From Cenococcum geophilum (lineage: Eukaryota), in contig CP158635.1 in the NCBI GenBank assembly GCA_050273025.1, forward strand, positions 2,356,001-2,420,000: DNA of 64,000 nt, written 5' to 3'. Below the pieces are notes generated by a model. It was not told where the DNA came from. It did not search any database and saw only the letters and a list, made by a program, of their open reading frames with translations. Within the stretch, counting starts at the first letter, position 1; every line of letters begins with the position of its first letter. A program made the position numbers and the translations under genes. Positions 51,095 to 63,231 of the stretch are shown here, in pieces.

Positions 51095-52364
51095 TTCTAC
51101 TAGGTTGCTATCTGCAAAATTCTACTATATTCTACTATCCCTATAGTATTTATCCTCCGCCTCTTAAAGCACTTCCTAGCCTTCTCTCTTTACCTTAGCC
51201 AGCTCTCTAGCAAATAAAAGGTATAATAAAAGGTTTATCTATATAAACTAGTCCGCAACTACCTTAATAGCCTTTAGCTTAGTTAGGAGCTCTTTATATA
51301 AAAATATTCTAGTATAGTAATATATTTCCGCCCAGCTAGCAGCGTACCTAGGGTAGAATACTACTACATATATTATTAATTATCGGCTATAGCCGCATAG
51401 GTAGGCCGGAGTTAGGTACCCTAGTACTTTTTAGTAGTAGAGGTATCTATTAAGCCCTATATACTTGGTTCTAAGTAGTATATTAATTATACTTTTTATC
51501 TTTATAAGTTTCGCGTAGCGTTTAAAGACTTCCTTATTCTATAGCTCGGCCTAGGCCGTTATATAATAGGTAAGCGTACTCTAATACTTTTCCTATCCCC
51601 TTTTCTACCACTCCTTAAACGCCTCTTATACCCTAGCCCTTTTACTTCTTTTATACTGCGTTTTAGATAAGTTATTAGTTATATATCTATCTCTAAGATA
51701 GCGGCTACTATTCTCTTAAGCTTATCCCATCTAGTAGGCCGCATTAATAGCTTTATTTTAGGCCAGAGTTAGTAGGCTATTATGGCCTATATAGTATTAC
51801 ACTCCCTCTTAATATGCTCTCTTACTAGTCCTTCTAGCGTCCTCTCTACGTAAGCTATAGCTAGCTCTTTAAGGTATATCTAAAGCGGCGGAAACCCCGT
51901 CTTATACTCTAGTACTACTATAAGCGTTAATTTATACGCCCCTATAATAGTGTAGAGGTATAGGTTCTATACTATACCCAGCTAACACAGCTTAGTTTTA
52001 CTTATCTCCTTAGGGTTTATCTACTTTAGTAGTAAGTACTAGGTACTATATTTATATAAAATTGCTAGCCGGACTATAGCGGAGTATACTATCCACGCCT
52101 TTTAGAAGGAGGCGCCCTATATAGAGGCCGTAAGCTAGGTTAGTACAGCTATTTAGGTAATTGCTTATCTTAATAATATTAACATATAGTCTCTATTTAA
52201 GCTTTAAGTTAACTTATACCCCTAATACGCGTAGGTTACTAACTAGGCCTTCTATAAAGCTATATATATTAACTATAGCCTTTATATTAAACTTCTTATA
52301 GCTCCTTATAAAATAAATAAGGTTATACCTTTTAGGGGTAAATACTACCCTATACTGGCGTGCC

Positions 52365-52519
52365 TATCCCTTAGCACGGTACTTCGCGTCCTACTAGTAT
52401 TAATAAGAGCCAGCCAATAAAATCAATAGGATTAAAACTCCGTAGCTATACGCGTACTTTTAATTCTAGTATTCGCGCACAGACCACTTAATCGTAGGAC
52501 GCTACCGTGCTAAGGGATA
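52365..52519. mobile_element. 155-bp insertion with terminal inverted repeats (MITE or atypical solo LTR)
   Basis: Perfect 17-bp inverted termini tatcccttagcacggta...taccgtgctaagggata; interrupts the LINE RT. Confidence 0.75.
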
Positions 52520-52673
52520 CTATATATACCTTATACGCCCTTTCCTTAGTTCTATAATTCTCCTCTATAGTCTTGCTATATATTAGTATATTAAAGTTAT
52601 TAATAAATCTAAATGCCGTAGTAGTTCCCCCTTATAGCTCTAGTAGGAGTATATAGGCAAAAAAGAGGAGTAG

Positions 52674-55600
52674 TATAAGGGGATCTTATAGACAGGGGGC
52701 TATAAGGACATAATTAGAATAGGATAAATTGGTAAGAGAGACAAATCCTTAAAAAGGTAAGACCTCTAAAATCGTGGAGACTATATACTATAGGCACGTG
52801 CCTTTGGCACGTGACCGGCAACCATCTAAGGGGCGTCCGGGGGTTATCCTAAGGGCAACCTAAGGTGTCCGCAATAATATCCCTTACATTGCCCCCCCCC
52901 TTCTTACGGTTAGCCCCCGATCGCCATTACCTTACAGTAGGGAGATTATAAGGGCTCGTCCTGGAAGAGGTTCGGAGAGATATTAAAGAGGTGTCGGCAT
53001 ACCGCTGTATATCATCTATCTATCTAACCCCTGCTTTGAACTCCTAAAAAACCTTAATAAAGAAAAAACATAACTAGAGAAAAGACGCGAGGATTGCTAG
53101 GAAACCTATCGGAAGCCTACCGGAAGCATGCCGGTAACTACCTAGGCTAATATAGGGATTTTTATATAACTCTGCTTTTAAGCCTTTATGCCGGTCTACA
53201 ATCAATCATAAATATTATAGGCAATTTAGTATTCCAGTATAGTTCCGTAAAACCTTTAGTATGGGATTTGACGTACGAAGCCTTGGCTTGCCGTCGTCTT
53301 TAACTGCTAAAATATAGTCTATAATCTTTTCTCATAATCCCCTACGTTACTAACGCATTGCTTCCGCATTTGCCCTTAGGTTATTAGATACGGTTAAGGT
53401 ATTAATCAGTTAGTTAAAGAGACTTATCTCTTAAGATTTGGTGCATGTGGTTTCAAATCTAGTAATCCTATGCTGTATATTTGGCGTAGCTCTACTACCT
53501 AGCAAATAGGGACATTTCGCGATAGCAATTGTAGCTATTATACAATTATCAAGAACGTCTATAACGTTATTCTTTAATACTATGGTATCGTTTTAGGCCT
53601 AATTTTACCCATATGCGTCTTTAATTTAACGTCTTAATTGCCTTCCCCCGGCCGCGTAGTTAGTTTTTATAAGGAGGTAATAGTTAAATAACTTATACGC
53701 GTGTTTCCTTCCTTCTAAATAGCGCTATTGTAACGGAGTTATATCGGTAAGGTTGCGGCTATTCACTAGAAGGGTATTAAAAGGTAAAGTATAAAGACAC
53801 CTTACTCATCGAGCTGCTCCTTTTCTTAAACACCTCACTTCTCGCCATTAACCGTCGTCCAATTTTAGACGTATCTTCAATATATTATTAAGATTTTCTT
53901 CTTTTTTATCAATAATTTAATATACCTCTTCGTTCTCCTACTAACTACTCTTCTAAGCAAATTCTATAGCGTATCCTAGCCCTACCTTTACATATAGAAC
54001 CCTAACCCCCACTAACTCGCAACTAGTACTAGTCCTGCCTAAATGATTTTACCTATACGTCTTTAAAAGACCAGAAATCTAATAATAGGATTCTAGAGGC
54101 TTATAATAAGACGCACTGTATTAGATCTAATACCTTCAGTCCTTATAATTAATGCATGCGTACTAAGAGCGGCAGTTGCGTTAAGGTGAGTTTTTCTATC
54201 CTTAATAGATTTCCATTGCTGACTTTAAGCTTTAATAATAGCCTGGGCCTAAGTGGCGACGTTCCTTTAATATCCTTAACTACTACATCGCCCGAGCTCT
54301 CTCTCATTCCAACGTAAATGCTAAACAACTTAGCCAAATTTAAGACTATACCACGGCCATCTATACTACCCATAATTCCTAGCAAGCCAGCTAGCAACGC
54401 CTAATGCGAGAGCAAGGTTAGTATACTAAGGATAGGGTAAGGGATGGGGGTAATAAGAAGAAGGTTGCCGTCTACTATAAGAAGGAGTTTGCGTATACAC
54501 GTTAAGTTTTAAAAGAGCATAACATAATACAGTATGAGGTAGGTTACCCTTCGGGTACCTAGCGGATAGGTAACTAACGGTTACCGTAGTAAGGTCTCAG
54601 TAGTTCTGGACTATGCCAGCCAGCTAACGTCTCTATTTATTCTAGGCTTGAGTGTGTTTTTATTAACTATAAGCTTACGCCGCAAGAGCTTCGTTGGTAT
54701 TGGTTTAGACCTAATATTAGTGTTAAGCATTTAAGAGTCTCTGCTCTAGCTACACCTTATCGTCCTGCCCCTGTTTTTATGCCTACTTATACGCCTACTA
54801 AGGCATCTGGATCCTATTCTCGTCAGCCATCACTTAGTGGCCCGATGGATACTAATCCTACTCCTAATAATAATAGGGCGTAGTGGCTTTTCAGATTGGG
54901 CATTTATGGTTTAGACTTTTGGGATTTGTTCTTGTATATAGTAGCAATTAAGGACCTTAATTAGGTATTTAGGAAGGCCTCGGAAGGCTTTTGGGAAGGG
55001 CTTAAGAGCCCTAGGAATAATATTCCTAGTATAGATTAATGAATGGGAATGCAATTCTAGTAAAATGCCCTATTAACTTTATGCTATATACGTGAAAAGG
55101 CTAAGGACCCGTCCTACCTTAGGCTATATAGCCCTAATCCTTATGGTTTCTGGAGCTTGTCCGTTCTATATCCGATTTAACCTATTTACTCTTTTCGCAA
55201 GCTTTCTTTATAGGTCGCGATAATACTATAGTATTAGAGCGCTTTCTACGATTTGTAGATTATAGACCTTGGTCCTAATATTCTTTTAGAATATCTTTAT
55301 AATAATTAAGGTGATCCTCTAGTTTCTATATAGAGTCCTTAGTAGGCCAGCCTAGCTATTTAACTTCAAATTAAAGCTTGTTCTTAACAGACTTATAGCG
55401 TAGTATAGCTTTAACCTCGTACCGCTCGCCTACTACCTTAGGGTGTTTAATTAGGCCTAGACGGAAGTTCTTTTCCGGCGGTGGTCTATGCTATAGCTCT
55501 AGTAGGTTTATATAAAACACTAGATATATATAGGCCATAGATAGGGGTAGCTGGAGACGATAGGCTAGCTTGCTAATTTGTTCCTTAACTTAGAAGGGAC

Positions 55601-58600
55601 CTAGGTATCTTATATTAAGCTTCTTTAATAGTTAACGGGTCTTAATATTTGTTAAACGTAATAGAATCTTATCGCCTACTCCGAAATGCTTGTCCTAGTG
55701 CTTGTAGTTGTACCAAAGTCTCTACTACTCTTGGGTATCTTATAGGCTCTGCTTTGCATGCTTCTATTACTCCTCCCATTCTTAGAGGTATCCTTATACT
55801 CTTCGGTAGATGTCTTTAAACTTCCCGGTAGGATTCTATAACTAATTATACGGCCTTAGCCAGTAATTGTTAGGTATACTATTAAACCTAAATAGTCGGA
55901 CGCCATAGGCAATCTAGATTAGTGCATACTTATACAATATATATTGCTTTGAATTATAAGCGTACTCCGCGTACGGAAGTAGCTCGCACTAGTTGTTTTG
56001 CTAGTAGTTTAAATATATCTATAGGTAAGACTCTAGTTCCTAGTTCTGGCGTTCCGTTTACCCATCTATCTATAAATAGAAAGCTATACTATAATAGTGG
56101 TCTATCTTTAAATAGAAGCATAGATCCGACTAGTACTAGCTTATAAAGACGCTGCCCCTATTAGTAATAATAGAGTGCAGCTAATCTACTTTAAGAAAGC
56201 ATTTCTCCTTAATTAGGTTGGTAAGCTCTTATGCGTTAATCGTCTTGTTAACGGAAAGGTATTGGACGTACTTTAAAAACCTATTAATAAGTATAAGGAC
56301 CAAATCGTATATTCGTCCTTAGCCATCTTTAGATAGCGGGAGATCCGTAATAAAGTCTATGGCGTAATGTCGCCATAGCTTACTAGCGGGGGGAACTGAT
56401 TTAAGTAGACCCTATGGCTTATACCTACGGATCTTATATACTTAACACTTCTTACAATAGCTAATGTACTCCTTTGCTTCCTAATTAAGCCTTAACCAAT
56501 AGTATTTGCGCTAAAGTAATTCTACTGTCTTTGCTTAACTATAGTGGCCGCCTAAAGGATCATCGTGATTCTTTATAAGAATCTTCTGTCGTAGATTTGC
56601 TTCTTATAGCACCTAAACCTTACCACCTCTATATAGTAGGCCCATTGGGTTTAGTTCCCAATGGTAGCACCTAGCAGCTTCCTTTCTATTACGTTTCCGG
56701 TCTACTTCCGTATTAAGAATGGCATAGGAAGCATCCCTCTGTTATACCTCACGGATGAGATCCGTTAACTCTTTGGATAGTTCCTAGGTAAAAGCTATTT
56801 TATCCCATACTGCTCTAAGTATAAGACTAAATAGTACCATAGATCTTATAACTCTTTAATGCGCGTGCGTTAGGAAGGCCGCTACGAGGTTAAAGTCCTT
56901 TAGTTGTTATAGGGCTCCGAGTTTTAATTGCTCTATAGCTTCGCTATTGGTTTAAGGGGATAGCTTAGCAATTAGGGATAGTATATTACTAGGTTCCGAG
57001 AATGTATTAGGGACGTCCTATCTAGGTATATTTAGACCCTTATTAGTAACGGACCGGGTACTAGCTAGAACGTTAGTGGAAACCAATAGGGCTTATACCG
57101 CCTAAGACTCGGTGTATAAAGCTATAGGTGCTTAAGTATCCCACACCTAGAGCTTGTTCTATAATATAGGGAGTAAGATATCTATTATCTGTTTTCCTTC
57201 TCCCGTTTTAAAGCCTTTAGTATAGTCTGGCCGTCGTAACGGTCCATTAGTAGGGTTGTTTTCCCCTAGCTTGTATTTAATCTTAAAATCAAATCGCGTA
57301 AGCTCCTCTACCTATCTAGCTTATTAAGGTATAAGCTCCTTTATAGTTATAAAGTAGTGTAAATTATAGTGATCTAAGAGTATACAAGTGGTATAGCTCG
57401 CGTGCTTAAGGTAATATCGCCACTATTTAAAGCAGTTGACTATAGCTAGTAGTTCCTTGTCATAGGTATAATACCTAACTTTAGGTCCCTAGAATTTTCT
57501 GCTATAAAATACTACTGGTCTCTAATGGAGCTGGGTAGCGTCTGGATGCCTATTGGGTTATAGTAGGATACCAGCAAGGGCAAAATTCGATACATTAGTA
57601 ATTATTATTAATGGCTAATCTGGGTTAAAATGCCGCAGCAATAGAGCTTCCGTAAACTTTACGCGAAGTTCCTAAAAGGCCTCCTAAACCTTTCCGGGCT
57701 ATAACTATAGCTTATACTATTTAGTTAGTTCCTTTTTAGTTTTCTTCCTTACCACCTTTAAGCTTTTTGCTCCTTAGGTTAGGTCTTAGGAAGCTTCTAT
57801 AATATAATTGGATAGGTATCGGGTGACGTCTAAGTAGTCATAGATAAAGCGCCTATAGAAATTGGTAAAGCCTAGGAATACTTAAATATCCTAGTAGCTC
57901 TCTAGCTCCGGCCACTCCTAGATTATCTACACCCGTACTAAGTCTATAACTATACCTATAGGCGTTATAATATAACCTAGGAACTCAACCTGCTTAGTGT
58001 TAAAGATATACTTTAACGCTTTAGCGTAGAGGCCCTAATTATCTAAACGTTCTAGCACTTCGCGGACGTGTTGCTTATATTAATCCTTATCTTCTAAGTA
58101 GATTAAGATGTTATCTAAATAGATGACGTATATGCGGTTGACTAGTCCCCCTAAGGCTCTATAAATATACAATTAGAATGTCGTAGGCGTATTGGCTAGC
58201 CCGAAAGGTATTACTAGATACTTAAAGTGGCCGTATTGGGTCTTAAAAGCGGTCTTCTACTTATCCCCTTCTTTAATACGGAGCCTATAATAGGCGTCTT
58301 ATAAATCCAACTTTATAAAGATCTTTACCCTAAATAGTTAATCCAGCATTTTACTAACTAGTAGTAGTGGGTAACGGTTCTTAATTGTAATCTTATTAAG
58401 ACCGCGATAGTCTATATATAGCCTTATAGTTCTATCTAGTTTTAAGATAAAGAGGATTAGCGCGCCTAACGGCGACTTACTAGGCCGGATCCATCCCTTT
58501 TCTAATAAGCCATTAAGGTACTCCTATAGGATCTCAAGCTCTTTACGCAAGAGGTTATAGATAGGAAGGTTCGGCGGTTATTTACCTTCTTCTAGATTAA

Positions 58601-61580
58601 TTACGTAATTATACTCCGAGTTCTGCGGTAGGACTTTAGCTCTCCTACCCGAAAATACCCTTAGTAAGTCCCTTAGGCCTACTAGAATATTTAATAAATC
58701 GGGGTCGCGTTTATCCTCCGCGTTATTATTGGGTAGGTCCCGGAGCTCCCTTGGGATGCTTATAGGTAGCGTCGTGCGTTATAGTGGTTGCTTGTATATA
58801 GTTGCCACCGTATATTAAACCGTTTTATGCGGTAGCTAATAGAGGGTAAGGAACTCCTTAACGCAGCGTTTAAGGTGCTGTAGTATACTCTCCGTATATT
58901 GCTTAAGCTAGAGTAACCTATGGCGGTTAAAGTATCTTATAAGATCCTTAAGATCGCCGCCTCCCTATAATGTCTCCGTGACCTATCTAGTAGTTCCCTA
59001 TAGGGTCTCCGTTATAGAGGGGTTATTACCTATACTAAGCTCTATACCCATCTTGCTATTAAATAGGGGTTGGATCTAATACTCCTTTGGGTGTAGAGCG
59101 TATACTATTTTACCTAGGGCTACATTCTCTAGGATGTCCTTTAGGCTTATTAGTAATATACGCCCTTCCGAATCTTTATTGTTCTACTATTTAAAGGCTC
59201 CTGTCTTAAAGCGTATCTTAGAATCTACTTCCGTAAGCCAAGGGTATCTAAGGATAAGGTTATAACCTACAAAGTTAGCTGCCTAGAAGGGTTGTAGGCT
59301 GACCGCCTTAGTGCGGTTATATATATCGGCTACTAATACTATAAGCTTATAGGCACTGTGTAGCTTAATCCGATGCTTATCTAGGAAGCCTATAATAGGT
59401 TTCCGCTACCTTTACGATAGGATAAGTTTATACTCTTTTACCAAATCATATTATATAAGATTGATTTTGGCGCCGCTGTTATATAGTGCTTAGAACTATT
59501 ATACCTTACCTATAGGGAGTATTATTTCTAGCTTAATAGCAATATAAAGAGTCTCTCCTTCTATATCTTGCCCTAGTTGTAGCTAGGAGAGGTCCGCGAC
59601 TAGGGCTTTTCTTTTTTTGGATTATTAGTGCGGTTATTACCCTACTTATTTTTCCAATAAGATCTACCTCTAAAGTTTTCTCTTAACTTCTTAAAGTATT
59701 CCCGTAAAGGTGCCGGACGGGTATTAGGTTGGCCCTAGGAGTCTTTTCTGTTATTTAAGGTTTCTAACTTTAACCCTTCTAAAGTTCTTTTTAAGAACGG
59801 CTTCTTTAAAGGTTAGGTCTGCCCTATATTACTACTAAAGTGCCTATGCTTCTAGTAACCCCCCAGCTTTCTACCAGAAGAGGTCTAGTTCCTTACCGCG
59901 TCTTTAGCGTTTAGAACTACTCATTTAAAATCCGTATATATAATAATCCGCGATAGGGCTCCCACGCGCTTTATTTCGTCACAAATTGCTAGCTTAATTC
60001 TAGCCCAGATAAACCCAATCTTCTCCTTTACATAGATGCTACCGTCCTTATTTTTAAAGGGCTCTAGATCTATCTATTAAGTATAAGTTTCTATAAAGTT
60101 TATAAACTGGCGGAAGTTATAGCGGTCTAGCTATATCCCATTCCAGAATAGCTCTGCATTATTATATTATACAACATATAGATCTTAAGTCCATTTCTTT
60201 AGAAAGGTTTGCAGCTATAGCTATATAGTAATTTACTCTTTATTAAGCTGATTAAGTACGATCTAGTTTAGTGATTGGTCTTTAATCTTACTAATAATCC
60301 AGCATATACGCTCTTTAGTATTATCTCATATCATTAGCATTTTAAAGAAGTTGTCTACCTCACGAACCCAATCGTCCAACTATTAGGCGTTAGGTCTATA
60401 GCGGAGTTCTAGACTACTAAAGGCCTTAGCCAGTCAGTCTATATCCTTTTTCTATTTATAGCGTAGATAACTCTCTAAGTCTTCTATATTTCCTTAGGTA
60501 GGTACTAAGTAACTTCTAGGAAGCCCTTAGCCTTAACTAGGTTATAAAAGAATTTACCTAGCTTAGATTAGACCCTACCAGATCTAGATTTGCCCTTAGA
60601 GGGTTCTAATATGTTTATTAGTAGCTTCCTCCCATATGGCTTCTGAGAGCCTTGCGACAGCTTCCTAATATCCGTCTTAAAGGAGATTAGTATAAGGCTC
60701 TTAACCTTCCAAACTCAGGCCTAGGGAGGCTCCTACTATAGAGGTAGTATTAATACTAGTAGCTAGTGTAGGCTTCCTAACGAGGCTCGGGTCCTAAGTT
60801 AGTAATTAGCTTAAATTACCTAAAGGGGTAGGCCCGCTTAGCTCGTGAGCAGTCTATATACCGCCACTATACTAATTATAGGCCGGTGGTCTTCCGGGAG
60901 GGTTCCGGTTGGTTCCCTAGTTAAATATATTAGTATATTCCTCTAGCATTTCTAGCTCAAGGGAAGATCTTAAAGTTGCCTCTGGCGCTTAATCTTCTAA
61001 TTGGCCTAGGTAAGGCTAAAGGGGTTCCAGTTACTTTCTAGCAGCGTTATGATCGTCATAGAGGGTGTCTACGTTTTCCTTAGCGGTAACTATAGGTATA
61101 CAAGAGTCTTCGAGCTCCTGGAGCATCTAGGTATTAAGGCTCGTTCAGCCGTCTTGCCTAAAGGGTTATATTATCGCAATCTCTTGCTATCAGAGGGACC
61201 TTCCTGCCTTTACGCGACGGCTTTCCATAAAGTATCCGTGGGGTTTCCGTTTAGGTCATCACAAGATTTTTAAGAGAGGATAGTAGTTATAAACAAAAGA
61301 TATAGATAAATAATCTGGTCCTTAGAGCTAACTACCCTTTTAAAAAAGAGTAAAAAGGATTTGAATATAAGGGGATCTTATAGATAGGGGGCTATAAGAA
61401 CACAATTAGAATAGAATAGATTAGTAAGAGAGACAAATCCTTAAAAAGGTAAGACCTCTAGGATTGTGGAGACTATATACTACGGGTATGTGCCTCCGGC
61501 ACGTGACCGGCGACTATCTAAGGGGCGTCCGGGGGTTGTCCTAAGGGCAACCCAAAGTATCCGCAATAATATCCCTTATA
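52674..61580 (-). mobile_element. Full-length Ty3/Gypsy chromovirus (Gypsy-4) with a long 3' region
   Basis: 215-bp LTRs at 52674-52888 and 61366-61580; TSD agtag at 52669-52673 and 61581-61585; protease DSGA ~59475; RT YLDD ~58115; RNase H TDASNFA ~57590; integrase HDDPLGGH ~56555; chromodomain ~55270-55430; PPT ~52891-52903. Confidence 0.95.
53922..54420 (+). pseudogene. Antisense accessory gene of Gypsy-4: six-cysteine cluster plus helical tail, with intron
   Basis: De-RIPed C-x2-C-x26-C-x8-C-x2-C-x7-C with 4 Cys codons intact; intact GTGAGT donor at 54186, GCTGAC branch site 54218-54223, in-frame AG acceptors at 54229 and 54241. Confidence 0.65.
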
Positions 61581-63231
61581 AGTAGGATTAGCGATAGCGC
61601 TAAGCCTTAGGGTATACTGGTGTTTGTTTATATTAGTTATACTATATATCCTCTAATTAAGAGCCTTATTATTTAATCCTTAAGAAAGGACTTTATAAAC
61701 TATACTATCTAATAGGGTATAGCTTAGGCCTTTATATTATAGATTATTCTTTTATAGGAGACTTAGTTAAAGGCCTTAGCAATATTAAGGCTAGTAATAA
61801 GGCTACTAGGTTTAGGTTACTCCTCTATTCTCTATATACCTATTAGGTTAGTAGCTCTAGTACTATCTACGTTAAGTATTCTAGCCTTACTCCTATTTAA
61901 CTAGCTAGTAGCATACCCATCTCCTTCGCAATTTTAGACAGTTAGCTAGCTACTATTCTTTTAAGTAGCTTCCTAATAGTATTAAGCAGCGTAATTAGCT
62001 AGTAGGCCTTTACTATAGTATAAAATAGCTTTTATAGTTTTTAGAGGACTACTATAATAAAGTCTTTAAACGGTTTTAGGTAATATCTAATTGCTATATA
62101 GCTATAAAAGAGTTTAGCCAGCACTAGGGCTAGCTACTCTCCACACATCTTAAGAAATTAATTAGTAATCTTTTTTAGACCTAGGGCCTTATTAGGGGCA
62201 AGCCCCTTTAGGGCCGCAATAATATCCTCCTCCTTAACTACTTCCTTTACTATTCACGGCTCTAAGTATATAAACCCTAGTATATTACTAAGGTCCGCCT
62301 CTATAGGCAGTAGAAAAAACTACTTTATAAGAATAATAGCCTTCTCCTTATTATTATAATATAGGGTCTCCTCTTCTAGTCTGCTAATAGAAGGAAACTA
62401 TAGTAGGGCCTTCAGCTTCCCGTCCGCTATACGCGCCTATTTTACTATCCTCTATATCCATTTAGGGTTATTTATTAACTTTTTAACGGTCCTCCTCTAT
62501 AGCTTATTAGCCTCTTATTAGATTGCCCTTTTCTCCTTATTCTATATAACTCTATAGTTAATTTAATTAGGTATTAACTAAAAGACCTTTTACGCCTAAA
62601 AGGCCTATTAGGTTTTTTTTTACCACTTCTATATATTCCTCTAACTATACTTTAAAAGCTTACAGCAAGGGCCACGCGTTAGGTACTGTTTTTACTATAG
62701 TATTTTTAATCGCCTAGTATATAGCCTCCACTAGCGCGTTTAGTTTATCTCTTATATTATATAGGAGTCTATATAGGGGCTAGAGTTAGCCCTCTAGCTT
62801 ACTCTATACTACCTTCTAATTAGCCTTCTTTTATAGTGGTCTTCTAAGTAAAGGGGGCCCCTTTAGCGCCTCTATATTTACCTCCATAATAATAAAAAAG
62901 TAGTTAGACCCTATATGCTAGCGGTCTTATCTTTAACTTTATAGCAGCCTATTAGTATTTTAAGGGGAGGTAAATACTAGGTCTAGTGTACTCCTTAATA
63001 TACCCTTTACCCACATCTCTATACCCGCCTTAGTAGCTAGGTTTAGGCTAGTTACCTCTATAGCGCAAATAAAGTTATCCGCTGCGTTATCCGCGCATAT
63101 TACTATTACATCCCCCTAAAAGGGGTAGCGTAAATTAAAATCACCTAATAGTCTATATTCTCCTTCGGCCCTTAGCAGCTCTAGTAGCATATAGATACTA
63201 CTATTTATTTATTAGGGGTTATAAATATTAA

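Larger units (their letters stand above)
36050..51140. repeat. Minisatellite (ctgccaaatt / ctaggttgcc units) split by insertions into 36050-36170, 50722-50910 and 51095-51140
   Basis: The same ~10-bp units flank both sides of the LINE and of the solo LTR. Confidence 0.8.
51140..63231 (-). mobile_element. Tad1-like LINE family C, ORF2 relic interrupted by Gypsy-4 and a 155-bp element
   Basis: De-RIPed APE NVYNP ~63215 and GDFN ~63135; RT YRPITLL ~61995, FVDDF ~52600; C-terminal CLCG...H...C ~51350-51405; ends approximate. Confidence 0.88.

Noticed and set aside
14234..61273. Remaining 60-90-aa ORFs in the track
   Set aside because: Mostly antisense or off-frame to TE sequence, with the Leu/Ile/Ser/Tyr-rich composition typical of RIPed DNA.
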